64,000 nucleotides of DNA from the human T2T-CHM13v2.0 reference genome, Homo sapiens. The stretch lies in NCBI RefSeq assembly GCF_009914755.1, contig NC_060929.1; one strand, written 5' to 3'. The notes below the pieces were generated by a model. It was not told the DNA's origin. It did not search any database and saw only the letters and a list, made by a program, of their open reading frames with translations. Below are positions 1-12,104 of the stretch, piece after piece; within the stretch, counting starts at the first letter, position 1; each line of letters starts with the position of its first letter. A program made the position numbers and the translations under genes.

Positions 1-380
1 ACAACCATCGAGAAAAATAATTTGAGAGTTGATGTCCTTGTATTTGTTTTTTACTTGCAATTAAATTAGATGGACTCTAAGCTGAAGAAATGTGCATATA
101 TCTGTAATGTGTTCACATTCCTAGGATTGAAACTGCCTTCTTATCTTTTACTGTAAAGAATGACTACACCAAGTATTGGTTAAATGTCTTGAGACCTTTT
201 AGGTAAAGTAAAAAATGAGGAAAAATTGTCTGTAAGGGAAGTGTTTAAAGGAGCTCACTAATTAATTAAGTACATCTCAACATTCTTGATTTGGAAACTC
301 TAACAAGAATCATATGAGCTGGTAGTTTGTAAAACTAGATAGGGTAGATGAGTACTTTTTTTTTTCTCTTTTGTTTCCAG

Positions 381-396
381 CCAGAATGAAAAATAT
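381..396 (+). other. Candidate microexon (16 nt, or 12 nt using the tandem CAG/CCAG acceptor)
   Basis: ~25-nt polypyrimidine tract ending TTTCCAG (355-380), then CCAGAATGAAAAATAT, then a canonical GTAAGT donor at 397-402. No transcript evidence available. Confidence 0.35.
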
Positions 397-927
397 GTAA
401 GTGGAGATATGTTGGAGTCTCTAGGGAAATGTGAATTAATTTGAAGGTCATTGACTGCTTTATTTTCACTTCATATTTGTTTATTTATTTAAAAATAAGT
501 ACTAATTTGAAGGGTGTACTGATTTTAATTTACATAACTTATGTAGTAGCAAGAAGGTTAAAATTTTCTTTTACTTCATAAAGACAAAATTTTCTTGGAA
601 TATTTTTTTAAAGAGTTCGAGTTTAAATACAGCGTCCACTTCACTGCATCTCGTTAAATCTATTGTTGGCTAGGAAATCAACACAAAACATACCAAAATC
701 AGAATCTTGAATGTTTATTTCTTTTAATCACAAGACTCAAATGCATTAAAATAAGATAATTTAATAATAGCAATGAAATACCCAAGGCCATGTGAACTCT
801 AGCTTTCTGTATGCTAGACTAAGCCCAAATTAGTCCAGAAAGTTACTTGCCTACTGTCAAGAAATGTCAATTTAGCCTTTATGTGTTCTGGTAGAAGTCG
901 TAAGACTCCTAGATCCGAGAAAAATAA

Positions 928-1236
<309 letters not shown>

Positions 1237-1254
1237 TACTATTAGCATTTCTTT

Positions 1255-1578
1255 TGCCCAGTTACTAGAGCTGCAGTCTCACTGAGGGTGGCCATCTCTA
1301 TAATCAGGGTTTGTGTTTCAAGAGAGGAACCCCGGTCTTAGGGGGCCCAAATCTTTCATAATGAAAAGCAAGCATAGCTATTCTTTGCCCTAAAGGGAGC
1401 TCCTATCTCTATCTTCCAAAATGTTAAGGAATCCTGCGTTTTGCTCCAGAAGAAAACATTGTTTCTATATTTCAAGGCTGTTTTCTATACAAATTCCTTT
1501 GAAGGGAAAATAAAGAAAAAAGGCATGCTCCAATACATAATGAAATATAAGGAATTCATTCGTAATTATCTCTCAACA
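1255..1578. mobile_element. Old ERV LTR fragment (family uncertain)
   Basis: Repeated CTATCTCTATCTTCCAA(G/A) motifs and terminal ...AATTATCTCTCAACA resemble old ERV LTR ends recalled from consensus. Confidence 0.5.
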
Positions 1579-2072
1579 TCTGTGGTTTATATTTTGTAAA
1601 AAATAATCATATTAATGCCTTCTATGGGCTTAGAAACTTATGGTTTATAGATCATATTCACAAACATTTTGTATTTCTTTGACAGCACAGATCTTTGCTG
1701 GGCTTTACTAATCTCATAATACAGATGAACATACTGTCTCTGAGAGACTAAGTAAATTTTTTTCCCAAATTCCATAGCATTAACTGGTGAAACAGGGACC
1801 TGTTTGCCCCCAAATGCATTGTATTTTCCATAAGACCAGAGTAGCTGTGGTGGACCATAGTCCACCATACTTATTGCTAATGGTATGTAAAAGAAAGAAT
1901 TAAATATGTGATATGATTTCAGAAATGTTTTGGCAGGGTCATCACAAAAGAAACAAACAAAAAAATCTCTCTTTGTCCTGTTGCATGTGCCTGAAAATCA
2001 CCTTTTGAAGATTTTTTTCATGTGGAATACTAGCCTAAGGTTCTTCAAGCTTTGAAGAGCCTTGAGATATTC

Positions 2073-2382
<310 letters not shown>

Positions 2383-2793
2383 AAGAGCCTTGAATATTCT
2401 GAAGTTTGTCCATCCCTCTGAGTAAAACAAAAAACATGAGGGCAAAAGAGCTGAGAGTAAATTTTCCAACGACTCTACCCAAGAGCTGATAGCAGAAAGT
2501 TTCATTCACATGAGACAAATGGGAACCCAGGGACTGAATGAAAAGCAAATCGGAGAGAGACATGAGAGTGTGCACATACTTGGTGCAATTCATAAGTTTT
2601 CTCAGTTTAACCTGCATCAGTTTTGACCTAAGTAATCTCTGTCCGAGTTTCTCTCCTCTTATAGTCAGGAAAATCTCTCTGTAATCCTTTGTATATCGTT
2701 TTATGCTATTTAAACGTGTCCACTTGCCTCATCCTCAAAAGTTAGAGAAAAATTTGCTTTCTACTAAACTGCCTCTACTGTGTAGACTTAAAG

Positions 2794-3032
2794 TAGTATT
2801 TCCCAGATCTTGAAATAATAATGAATAAAACATAAAAGGGATCCTTGATCAAGTAAATGTGGGGAAATGAGATTAAACAATGCTACTAATGTCTTTACAT
2901 GAGGACTTCTCAGTGGGTTTAATATGATAATGTGAATTGTGAATCTCCACGGGAAGGATATAATATGCAGAATTTTCTTAATTTACCCCATACTGGAGCT
3001 TTGTTTTCATGAAGCACACTTGGGAAATGCTG
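2794..3032. mobile_element. hAT-Charlie non-autonomous DNA transposon (MER-type)
   Basis: Terminal inverted repeats TAGTATTTCCCA / TGGGAAATGCTG; 8-bp TSD ACTTAAAG / CCTTAAAG. Confidence 0.7.
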
Positions 3033-3504
3033 CCTTAAAGAAAATCTACAGGAACAAAGCCATAAAATATAACCAAGGCATTTTTGGCACCTAAAAATAC
3101 CAAAATATCAACTGTGTGCCAGCATAATAAAAAATAAAATGTTTCCCCTATCCCATATAAGAAGGGAGGAATACAATAATATCAGTAAAATATCCAGTAT
3201 TCATAAGCTATACTATATATATGCTATGCTACATAAAGTAGACTTTTATGTACACCACTCAAGATTTTTTTTCCAATGTTCTTTTGAAAAAATCTAATGG
3301 TGGTGGGAGGTCCCCAAAAAGGTTTGTACTAGTCAGAAATTATAAATGTATGGCTACCTTATAATTTATTATGCCAGCTTTAAAGCAGACTTTAGAGACA
3401 TTGGCATTCCATCCTTAGGTGTAATTCCTGTTTCTATACTGACTTGATTTAATTATAATGCAAGCTATTCATTTAAATATTTTAATGGACTTTCCCCTCC
3501 AGTT

Positions 3505-6150
3505 ATCATAGAGTAATAGTTATTGGAATAGCTCTCATGCCATAAGCAACTATAAAAATAGGCAAAGTGTACAGAGCAAGTGTTTTCAAATTCACACAAA
3601 TGTAATACAGAACGGTAATCATTAGAGCAGGGAAATCTATGAGTTGAGTCCCACAGCTATCCCAGCTTTCAGCTTGGAGTTCATTTCCACACTGCAGCAT
3701 GAGCAGGCAAAGTCCATGGCAGACCTCCCTAAGCTGAGGAAGTAGAGATCTGACTTCAGGACTGTTCAGGTAACTGTAAATTATAGAACATAGTACCAGA
3801 GAGAAAAAAGCTGTGTAGAGAATGAGCCCCAAAATATCTGCATTTGCATCCCTTGGTATCTTTAGCTAACACTAAACTGTGCATGCTTGAGGAAAGATAC
3901 CAAAAGTTCTGTCAGTCAAGAGCAACTGAAAAAGCTCTGAGCTGAACAACTATTCCAGAGACTATGTAGAGTTTGAGACCTTGGAGTTCTGACCACCAGA
4001 ATGGAGAGATTTTGCTGACCACTGTGATCATTCGGTTGATGTGCTCTAATGGACCTGTCTTAGTTGTAGTGCAACTCTATATCTAGAATAAAGATTATTT
4101 TAAAAGCTCCCTAACAAAACATAACATTTTTGAATATTATGTTTTGAATGAAACATGTTTGAAAAAAGTCATTTAGGTTGAAAGAAAGGATTTACATCTA
4201 AGAATGCTAGTCCTGGTTTATATACAAGCCTCAACAGAATCAAGCAGAATCATCAATAAATTAACTAACTGAATAAAACTCAAAACTATTTAAAGAAATA
4301 GCACACAAGTCAGACTCTCAACAATATTGCCTTCAACTGTCTAGCATTTAATTAAAAAAAAATACTAGATATGCAAATAGGCAGGACAATATGACCCACA
4401 AAAGAGAAAAGTAGGGGGAGCAGGGAAGACAGCTGAGAATCGTGGACTTGATGCAAGATTTTTTGCTCCTTATCTCATCCAGGTCTGTGTTCTTGTCTCA
4501 CAACCAGGAAGAAGTAGGCATGCAGACACCCGAAAAGTGAGAATGGTGGGAAGTGTTTTATTGAGTGATGAAACAGTTTTTAGTGGGAAGGGGATGCTGG
4601 GGTGGTCCCCTACCCAAAGGCAGGAGAGTTATCAATATAGCTGAGCCCAGGGCTTTTTATGGACTCAGATTGGGAGTGTGTGCTGATTTGTTTGTGAATA
4701 TGTGAAAAAGGTTAAAGCAAAGACACCACTCAATGGTATAGAAAACCAATTAGGAAAGGCTAGGTATATGTAAAATAGGTAAAGGATGTGGATCAATAAG
4801 AGGAAAGCATGCCAACTGGGAAGGTGGGTTCTCAATCTGGTCCAAGGATTTACCCAGGACTGTTTCTGGCTTGAAGGTTGTATTTCACCAGGGACCCACC
4901 CCTGTCTGCCTAGGCATTTGTCTGCCTCCTGCCTCTATCAGAATGATGAACAGAAATAGACCTGGTGATAACAGATGTTGGAAATAGTAGACAAGAATTT
5001 TAAAATGATCTTACAAATAGGTTCAAGAATCTAAAGAACAAAAAATAAGTATAATGTGGTATACCAAATGGATGGATAAGGAAACTCAGTAGTAACAAAA
5101 AAATAAAAGAATGAAAAAGAGGAATAAAAATAAAATATCTGAAATTAAAAATGCACTGGGTGGGCTTTTCAGGAGTTTAAATATGGCAGAGGAAAACATT
5201 AATAACTTAAAGACAGGGCAACAGAATTCTACACAATCTGAAGGACAAAAAGGGAAAAGGCTGGGGGGAAAACAAAATGAACGAAACTTCAATGCATCTA
5301 TGAGAAAACATAAAGTGATATAACACCTATATAATTGGAGACCCGAAAGGAGTGTGAAACTGATGCACCCCCCATAAAGAATGAAAGAGAAAAAGGAAAA
5401 AAGAACAAATAAATGTTGTCCCAAATGTGATGAAAAATAGCAACTCAAGATTCCAGAAATACAACAAATCTCAGGCAGGATAAATGGAAGGAAAACCTCC
5501 TATGTAAACCATAGCCAAATTGCTGAAAACCGGTGATAAAGAAAATATTAAAAGTTTATCCAGATGGGGGAAATAAGCACAGGAAGAAGTACTAGCCAGA
5601 AGACAATAAATGACATTTTAAAAGTGCTGTTAACCATGATTTTTGTGTCTAATAAAAATATCTTTCAAAAATGGAGGCAAAATAAACTTTCAAATAAATA
5701 AAAACTAAGATTATTTATTACCACTGGATTTATTCTATAATAAACATTTTTGAAAAATGTCATTTAGGTTCATGGAAAGGATTTACATCTGAGAATTGAG
5801 AATAAAGAGCTGAAATAATAGTAAATATGTGGGTAAATATAAGATTTTTATTTCTCATTTTTAAATGTATCTAAAAGATAACATTGTTTTTAGAGCAAAA
5901 ATAATAGCAATGTATTTTGTGGTTTAAGATATATGTACATATTAAATGTAATACAATATTTAAAAGATGGGAGGGTATCAGTGGAATTATACAATTATAA
6001 CGTTCTTAATCATACATGAAGTGGTATAATATTAATATATGATAAACTGTGATAAGTTGGGAGTGCATATTATAATCCCTAGAGCAAACACTAAAAGTAA
6101 AACACAAGAGGATAGCTAAGAAAACAATAGAGGAGATAAAAATGGATTGC
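3505..6150 (+). mobile_element. Ancient L1M 5'UTR/ORF1 region, interrupted by an LTR
   Basis: A-rich L1M-type sequence; ORF 5111-5323 (ISEIKNALGGLFRSLNMAEENINNL) resembles the L1 ORF1p coiled coil. Confidence 0.75.
4449..4940 (-). mobile_element. ERV1 solo LTR (MER61-like) nested in L1M
   Basis: TG...CA termini; minus strand begins TGATAGAGGCAGGAGGCAGACAAATGCCTAGG; near 4-bp TSD GACT/GAAT. Confidence 0.8.
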
Positions 6151-8288
6151 TAAATTTCCTCAATGAGGCTTCCCCTTTCTTCTCTAGGGGAATAATAAAT
6201 AACAAACAAGAACAGCAATGTAGACATCTTAAAGTGCTAGCCCTGGTTTTTGTATAAATTTGCTATTGTGTCTTTTTCATTTTTGAGGCAGGAAGTGGTT
6301 GGAGTTTATGGGCATTATGTTTGTTTTTTTCATCTAAAATTATTCTCTGTTGCTTTTCAAATGCATTTTTATAGAACTAATGTAACCATAATCCTGGAAA
6401 CTATACTTAGTGATGAATGAACCAATCAGGTTGGGTATAAAGGGAAAGCTTTAGGACAAATTGGCAGAATTTACCATATAAATCTCTACTTCAAATCTTG
6501 ATCATACATTCCAATATTCAATGGCCCATTTTGCTAAATATGACTTAAATTTTATTTTAAATGTTTGTTCAATCAAATAACTACCATATTTCCATATTTC
6601 ATTCCTTTGGATGATTAATGTGATCAGATATCTCAAACATTTTTTTGTCCAGTCGAAGGACTGGAACCATTGTTGTTTTGTTTTGGCATTTTTACTGTTG
6701 CATCACACACACAAAAATTGCATAAGCCACCCCTGGGTAATATTTACTTGGCTGTAATTCCCCAGAAGTGGAAATTGGCTACATTTACCGATTTGTGTAC
6801 TGAATCACATTTTCATCACATGCTTTCTCTTTTTCTCTACCATTTTCTTCTTTGTAAATAAAGTTTATTTACCTTACTAGCACCAATGTACAGTGTCAGG
6901 TAATAGTCCTGAAATAATAAGAGCAGGAACAATGTGAAGACCATTCCGGGGAGAAGAAAGTGACCAAGAAACTTACCTCCAGGGAAAACTTGTATTGAAC
7001 ATGATTAAGCCTACCTCCTATTGTAATAATGGTTTGTTAATATTCTCAGTCCAAAGAAACAGCATCCAAAAAAGATTTCAGAGGTGATGGACTGGAGAAA
7101 AGGATGTCCATGAGATGCTGTCCAGTTCTGAAAAGAGAGCTTTTTGCAGAGTTATACAGCCAGGGCCATCCAAGAAAGATTAAGGAACAAGCAGCTAAAA
7201 CCTTAGGGTTTTCCTAATTGCATAATCATCCGAGTCCTGTAGAGGTTGAATTACATAATTGCATAGTGAGACTTGACATTTCAAGACAGAGCATGCCATT
7301 CAAAAAGGGAAGAAGAGAGGGGGTTGGAGATAGAGTTCACAGGGAAACATCACTGCCTGGCCAAACACTGTATATATACCAGGGAAAGCAGGAAATTAAG
7401 CTCTTGCTGCTGAATACTAGCAGAGCTTTAATCACAGCTCCTGACTTCCTTTTTGCCAAGTGAACAGATCACCACAGCAGGATGTTTCTCTACTTAGTGA
7501 ACTTCAGAAAGTTAACTGAACTTTGGGTTTCTAGGGAGTTCTGGCAGTTACAGAAAGAAATATATAGATTACATAGATATAATCTATATAGGTCTCCTTG
7601 CCACTGTTAAGCCCCCCAATTGTGTTGAATATAATTGATGAGGTACTTAACATTTTGTACACTTTAGAAAATAAACTCGTTTGTGTTCTCTCCTTCCTTT
7701 CCACATAATTTCTCTCTCTTTACCTTTTCTCTGTCTTGCAAATGGCCCTCTCTTCCGACCATATCACACTGCCAGTAAGTTGAAATAAGCCACAGTATGC
7801 GAATGTTTGAGATTTTAGGGTCAAATTTCTTCTTTTCAGGGTCTTTGATTTTTTTTAATGTTTTATTTTCACCTGTTTATTCCACGGGAACTTTTTAAAA
7901 AAAAAACACACACATTATATGAAATGTGTTTAAATTATTTGACTTTCTTCCAACAAATTACTGTGTATCTTAAGGGTATAGGTAAATTATTAGTTCCCAA
8001 AGAGAATTCAATTAAAAAACCCCCACTTTTCATTTTTAATTAATACTGAAATACAACTTCTCTCAATTTACTCTCACTCCCAGTAGAAGAACCTTGAACA
8101 AAAATGAGCATCTGTTATTGTTGAATAATACCTGTAAACCATATTTTTCTCATTGCTTCTTTTTTTATGAGATTTAGGTTTTTAGATTTTTTCATAACCA
8201 TGTTTTATAACCAATAAATAATTAGTTGAGCAAAGACTATATTTTTTCTTAACAGGAGCTCATAATTATTGGTCTTTAAAGTAGGAAT

Positions 8289-8411
8289 TATTGGAGTCAA
8301 CTTTAAGTTGCTAATTTGAGAATCTCAACTGCTTTCAGCTAAATTTTCAGAGCCAGACACCCTCAAACACACGTACAGATACACCTAAAGCATCAATGGA
8401 ATATCAGTTAA
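8289..8411 (+). repeat. Left arm of 123-bp long-range inverted repeat (partner 10933-11055)
   Basis: Ungapped reverse-complement match to 10933-11055 with 14 mismatches (hand alignment). Confidence 0.92.
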
Positions 8412-8424
8412 GATGCTTTTGCCT

Positions 8425-9361
8425 AACAGGCATATGAAAAGGTGCTCAACATTATTGATCATCAGAGGAATGCAAACCAAAACTAGAATGAGATATCATC
8501 TCACTCCAGTTAAAATGGCTTTTATCCAAAAGACAGGCAATCACAAATGCTAGCAAGGATGTGGAGTAAAGGGGACCCTCATACACTCTTGTCAGGAATG
8601 TAAATTAGTACAACCACTATGGAGAACAGTTTGGAGGTGTCTCAAAAATAAAAATACAACTACCACATGATTCGGCAATCCCATGGCTAGGCATATACCC
8701 AAAAGAAAATAAATGAATATATCAAAGAGATATCTTCATTCCCATGTTTACTACAGCACTATTCACAATAGCCAAGGCTTGGAAGCAACCCAGTGTCCAT
8801 CAGTAAACAAATGGATAAAGAAAACATGCTACATATACACAATGGAATACTATTCAGCCATAGAAAGTGTGAGATCTTGTCATTGGCAACAACATGGATG
8901 GATGTGGAGTTATGTTAAGTGACATAATTCAGGCACAGACAGACAGATTTCACATGTTCTCACTTACTTATGGGAACCAAAAATTAAAATAATTGAACTC
9001 ACGGAGATAGAGAGTAGAATTACGGTTACCAGAGGCTGGGAAGGGTAATGGGGTAGGGGTAGAGTGGGAGGGGAAATAGTTAATGAGTACAAAAAATAGT
9101 CAGAAAAAATGAATAAGATCTAGTATTTGGTAGCACAAAAGGGTGACTATAGTCAATCATAATTTAATTGTACATTACAATAACTAAAAGAGCATGCTTG
9201 GATTGTTTGTAGCATAAAGGATAAATGCTTGAGGTGATGGATACCTTATTTACCCTAGTGAAGTTATTACATATTATATTCCTGTATCAAAAGATTCCAT
9301 ACATCCCATAAATATATACCCACAAAAAAAATTAAAATAATGTTGTTGTTTTTTTTAAAAA
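8425..9361 (+). mobile_element. 5'-truncated L1MA (ORF2 C-terminus + 3'UTR) with TSD
   Basis: ORF 8713-8922 contains CPSVNKWIKK..YIYTMEYYSAI (L1 ORF2p C-terminus); L1MA-type 3'UTR; TSD AAG(A/T)TGCTTTTGCCT at 8410-8424 and 9362-9376. Confidence 0.9.
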
Positions 9362-9376
9362 AAGTTGCTTTTGCCT

Positions 9377-9830
9377 GGGAAAGAAAATCCCAACACAAAC
9401 TGAGTTAAACAATAGAGGTGTTTATAGCAGAATATATGGAAGGAGCGAGTAAGTGCTGACTCTAGGCATAATTCCTCAGGCTTTAATCTCTGCTTCATTG
9501 TGATTTTCTTGACTTTGTTCCCCTCCTGGTAATGAAATCATGCTGAAGTCATCAGTTAGATGACTGCCTCAGTACTATTATCATATTCAGGCCTGACAAT
9601 GTCCAGAAGGGGGAAAAAGTGAGCATTTCTTATTGCTTCCCTTTCTTAGTAGCAGTAAGCCTATTTTCACTTGTACTTGATTAAGCTTCTTGTCTCATTG
9701 GCAAGAGATACTTCACATGCCATTCCCACTACCTTCAATACCAGAAGGGATGGAATTATAAAATTTGGCCTAACATGTCAGGATTTATTATTGGTCAGGA
9801 CCAATAATAAGATCAATGTCTCCTGAATCA
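9377..9830 (-). mobile_element. Old MaLR LTR (MLT1J-N-like), split by the L1MA insertion
   Basis: AGAAAATCCCAACACAAACTGAGTTAAACAATA and TCTCATTGGC...CACATGCCCATTCC motifs typical of old MLT1 LTRs; its start lies at about 8403. Confidence 0.5.
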
Positions 9831-10049
9831 TATAGAGAAAGGATGAATATTTTAAGAAATTCAGGGTTCACCTAGAGTTGGGCAGAGGAAGAGAGTAAAT
9901 TTTGGGTAGATAACAAACAATGTTCTACAAATAAGACACGAAAAATCAATCTGTGAATGTTATTCCATTCCGTTCCACACATCAGTAATGGTGATCCAAA
10001 TGAGAGGCAATCTTAGGGGGTTTTTTTGGAGGGAAATATTGGGTTATAG

Positions 10050-10258
10050 AAGTTCTTTGCCTAACCCCATTATGAATTAAGCAAAACAGAAAATGCAGAG
10101 AGATGAGAGAAAGAGGAGAGTCATGTTGATATCATTTGAGTTCTGAATGCAACCAGGCCAAAAGTTAGCTTTAAATCTAGATTTTCAGATAAGTTAAACA
10201 ACAAATAATCTTTTTTATTTGACTCTGTTTGAATCAGATTTCTGCCATTTGTAACCCG
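10050..10258 (+). mobile_element. Old MLT1 LTR 3' fragment
   Basis: GATATCATTTGAGTTCTGAATGCAACCAGGCC ... GATTTCTGCCATTTGTAACC resembles MLT1 3' ends. Confidence 0.45.
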
Positions 10259-10932
10259 CTCCGACCCAATTATTTCTAACGGACACAAGGTTTAAAAACA
10301 AATTATATTGTCCTTTAGAATGGGTCCCAGTACCTTGACTTTAGAGCCAGTCTTAATGGGAATCGTATTATGGCAAAGTTCCAGTTTTTGCTCTAATATT
10401 GAGAGCCTTGTCATAGTTTTCTAGAACTAAAATAGAAATAAGGCCTCTGTATTATTTTTGTATTTTTTTGTGGAGGACGTAAAAGGGAAAATTTACCACA
10501 AGTTCAGAAACAGGAGTTGAATTTTCAGACTCAAATGGGGAAAACTGATCCAAGACAAATAACTAACTAAAGGTGAGGCTTAGCAAGACTAACGCTTATA
10601 TTTTATTGCTACATGAGCAAAAGACACAATTGAGAATGAACCAAAAGAAGACATACCTGGAAGGATTCTAAGCTTGAATTCTGATGCTGAACTTGTTATG
10701 AATTTGGATGGTGACAGTTTCGAATGTGGACATGCTATTAATAAAACCATTTAAAGCATTCTAGACTAATGGAGCAATGGAGAATTACCAATATAATCCA
10801 GATTTGGTTTAAGAAAAATCATTCCATAAAATTGTTTAAGATTAATTACAGTAGGAAGAGACTATAGGTAAGAAAGCCAGTTAGGAGATTTGCATTATGC
10901 CAGCAAGGCATGATAAAGGCTGACACACATAT

Positions 10933-11055
10933 TTAATTGATATACCTGTGATCCTTTAGGGGTATGTGTGCGTGTGTTTGAAGGTGTATAGCTCAGAAAA
11001 TTTAGCTGGAAGCAGTTGAGATTCTCAAGTTAGCAACTTAAAGTTGACTCCAATA
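10933..11055 (-). repeat. Right arm of 123-bp inverted repeat (partner 8289-8411)
   Basis: Reverse complement of 8289-8411; paired coordinates sum constantly to 19344, so there are no indels. Confidence 0.92.
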
Positions 11056-12104
11056 TTTTTTTAAAAGGGAGAAAATATCATAAGGGTAAAATTTATACAA
11101 TTTATTGTAATGAGAAAAACATTCAAATTATTGCCAGATGATCTGGATTTTACTTCTGTTTCTAGTGATAACTATTGTGATCAAATGCATATGGACAAGA
11201 AATAGTTTGTAAATATCCATCAAGCTACCAAATTTTAAAATTCTTAAATTTTATTTTTCCCTGTTTATTATGGGCTTCCAAATGGAGAGTAATTGTTATA
11301 CTTCCTGCACAGAAAATATAACAAGGAACTCAAATATTATGGCCCAACCGATTTCCATCTAGGGTGGAACAGCAGAGCAATTAGAGCCACTTAATGTTAC
11401 AGTGGCAACTACAACTATTCAAAAACTTTCAGTGTACTAAGAATAAATGCTGCTAAAATAAAAATACTTGAAAGAAAAGTATGTCATTAAATGAGTTCAT
11501 TGCTACTACTGTATTAACTTACATCTGTCAAATCTACAATCAGATGTATTCCACAGAAGCCAAATGTAATGTGACTCCATGGAGACTGTTATTTTTAAAA
11601 ATATTTATTGTTTTTCTTTTTGTTCACATGTGAAATGAATAAGCTAGCAAAAGCAACCCTGCCAAAATTAATCGAATAAAAACATGAGGAATGTGCCTTT
11701 TCCTGGCTTCTCATAAACTAAAAGCTGCCATCTGATCTTTAGAAACTTAGATATAATCAAATATGTGATAGGAAGTAGAAAGAGTTTGCCAGCATAAACT
11801 GGAAAGCCTTAATGACAGTAAAGAAATAGAGCTTAATGAAAAGTTATGAAGAAAGCAGAAGCAAAAATATAAGCCAAGGGTCAAAGCACTCCATCAATAT
11901 CTTGTGCATTAAATGGAGGATACTTGTGTAATCTGTTCCATTTAAATTAATTTATTAAAATATTACTATTGTCTTCATAATAGTCATGCTTATTCTAATG
12001 AAGTTTTTACTGCTCACACAAATAAAAATTCTTTTTAAAACTATTTCCAGTGCCTTCACCACATCCTTTTGAATGTCTTCAGAAAAGGACAATGATCTAA
12101 ATAT

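Noticed and set aside
8713-8922. 69-aa ORF
   Set aside because: Decayed L1 ORF2p C-terminus within the L1MA copy.
8289-11055. Interpretation as an autonomous DNA transposon with long TIRs
   Set aside because: No transposase ORF, no convincing TSD outside the arms, and the spacer consists of L1, MLT1 and L2 fragments.
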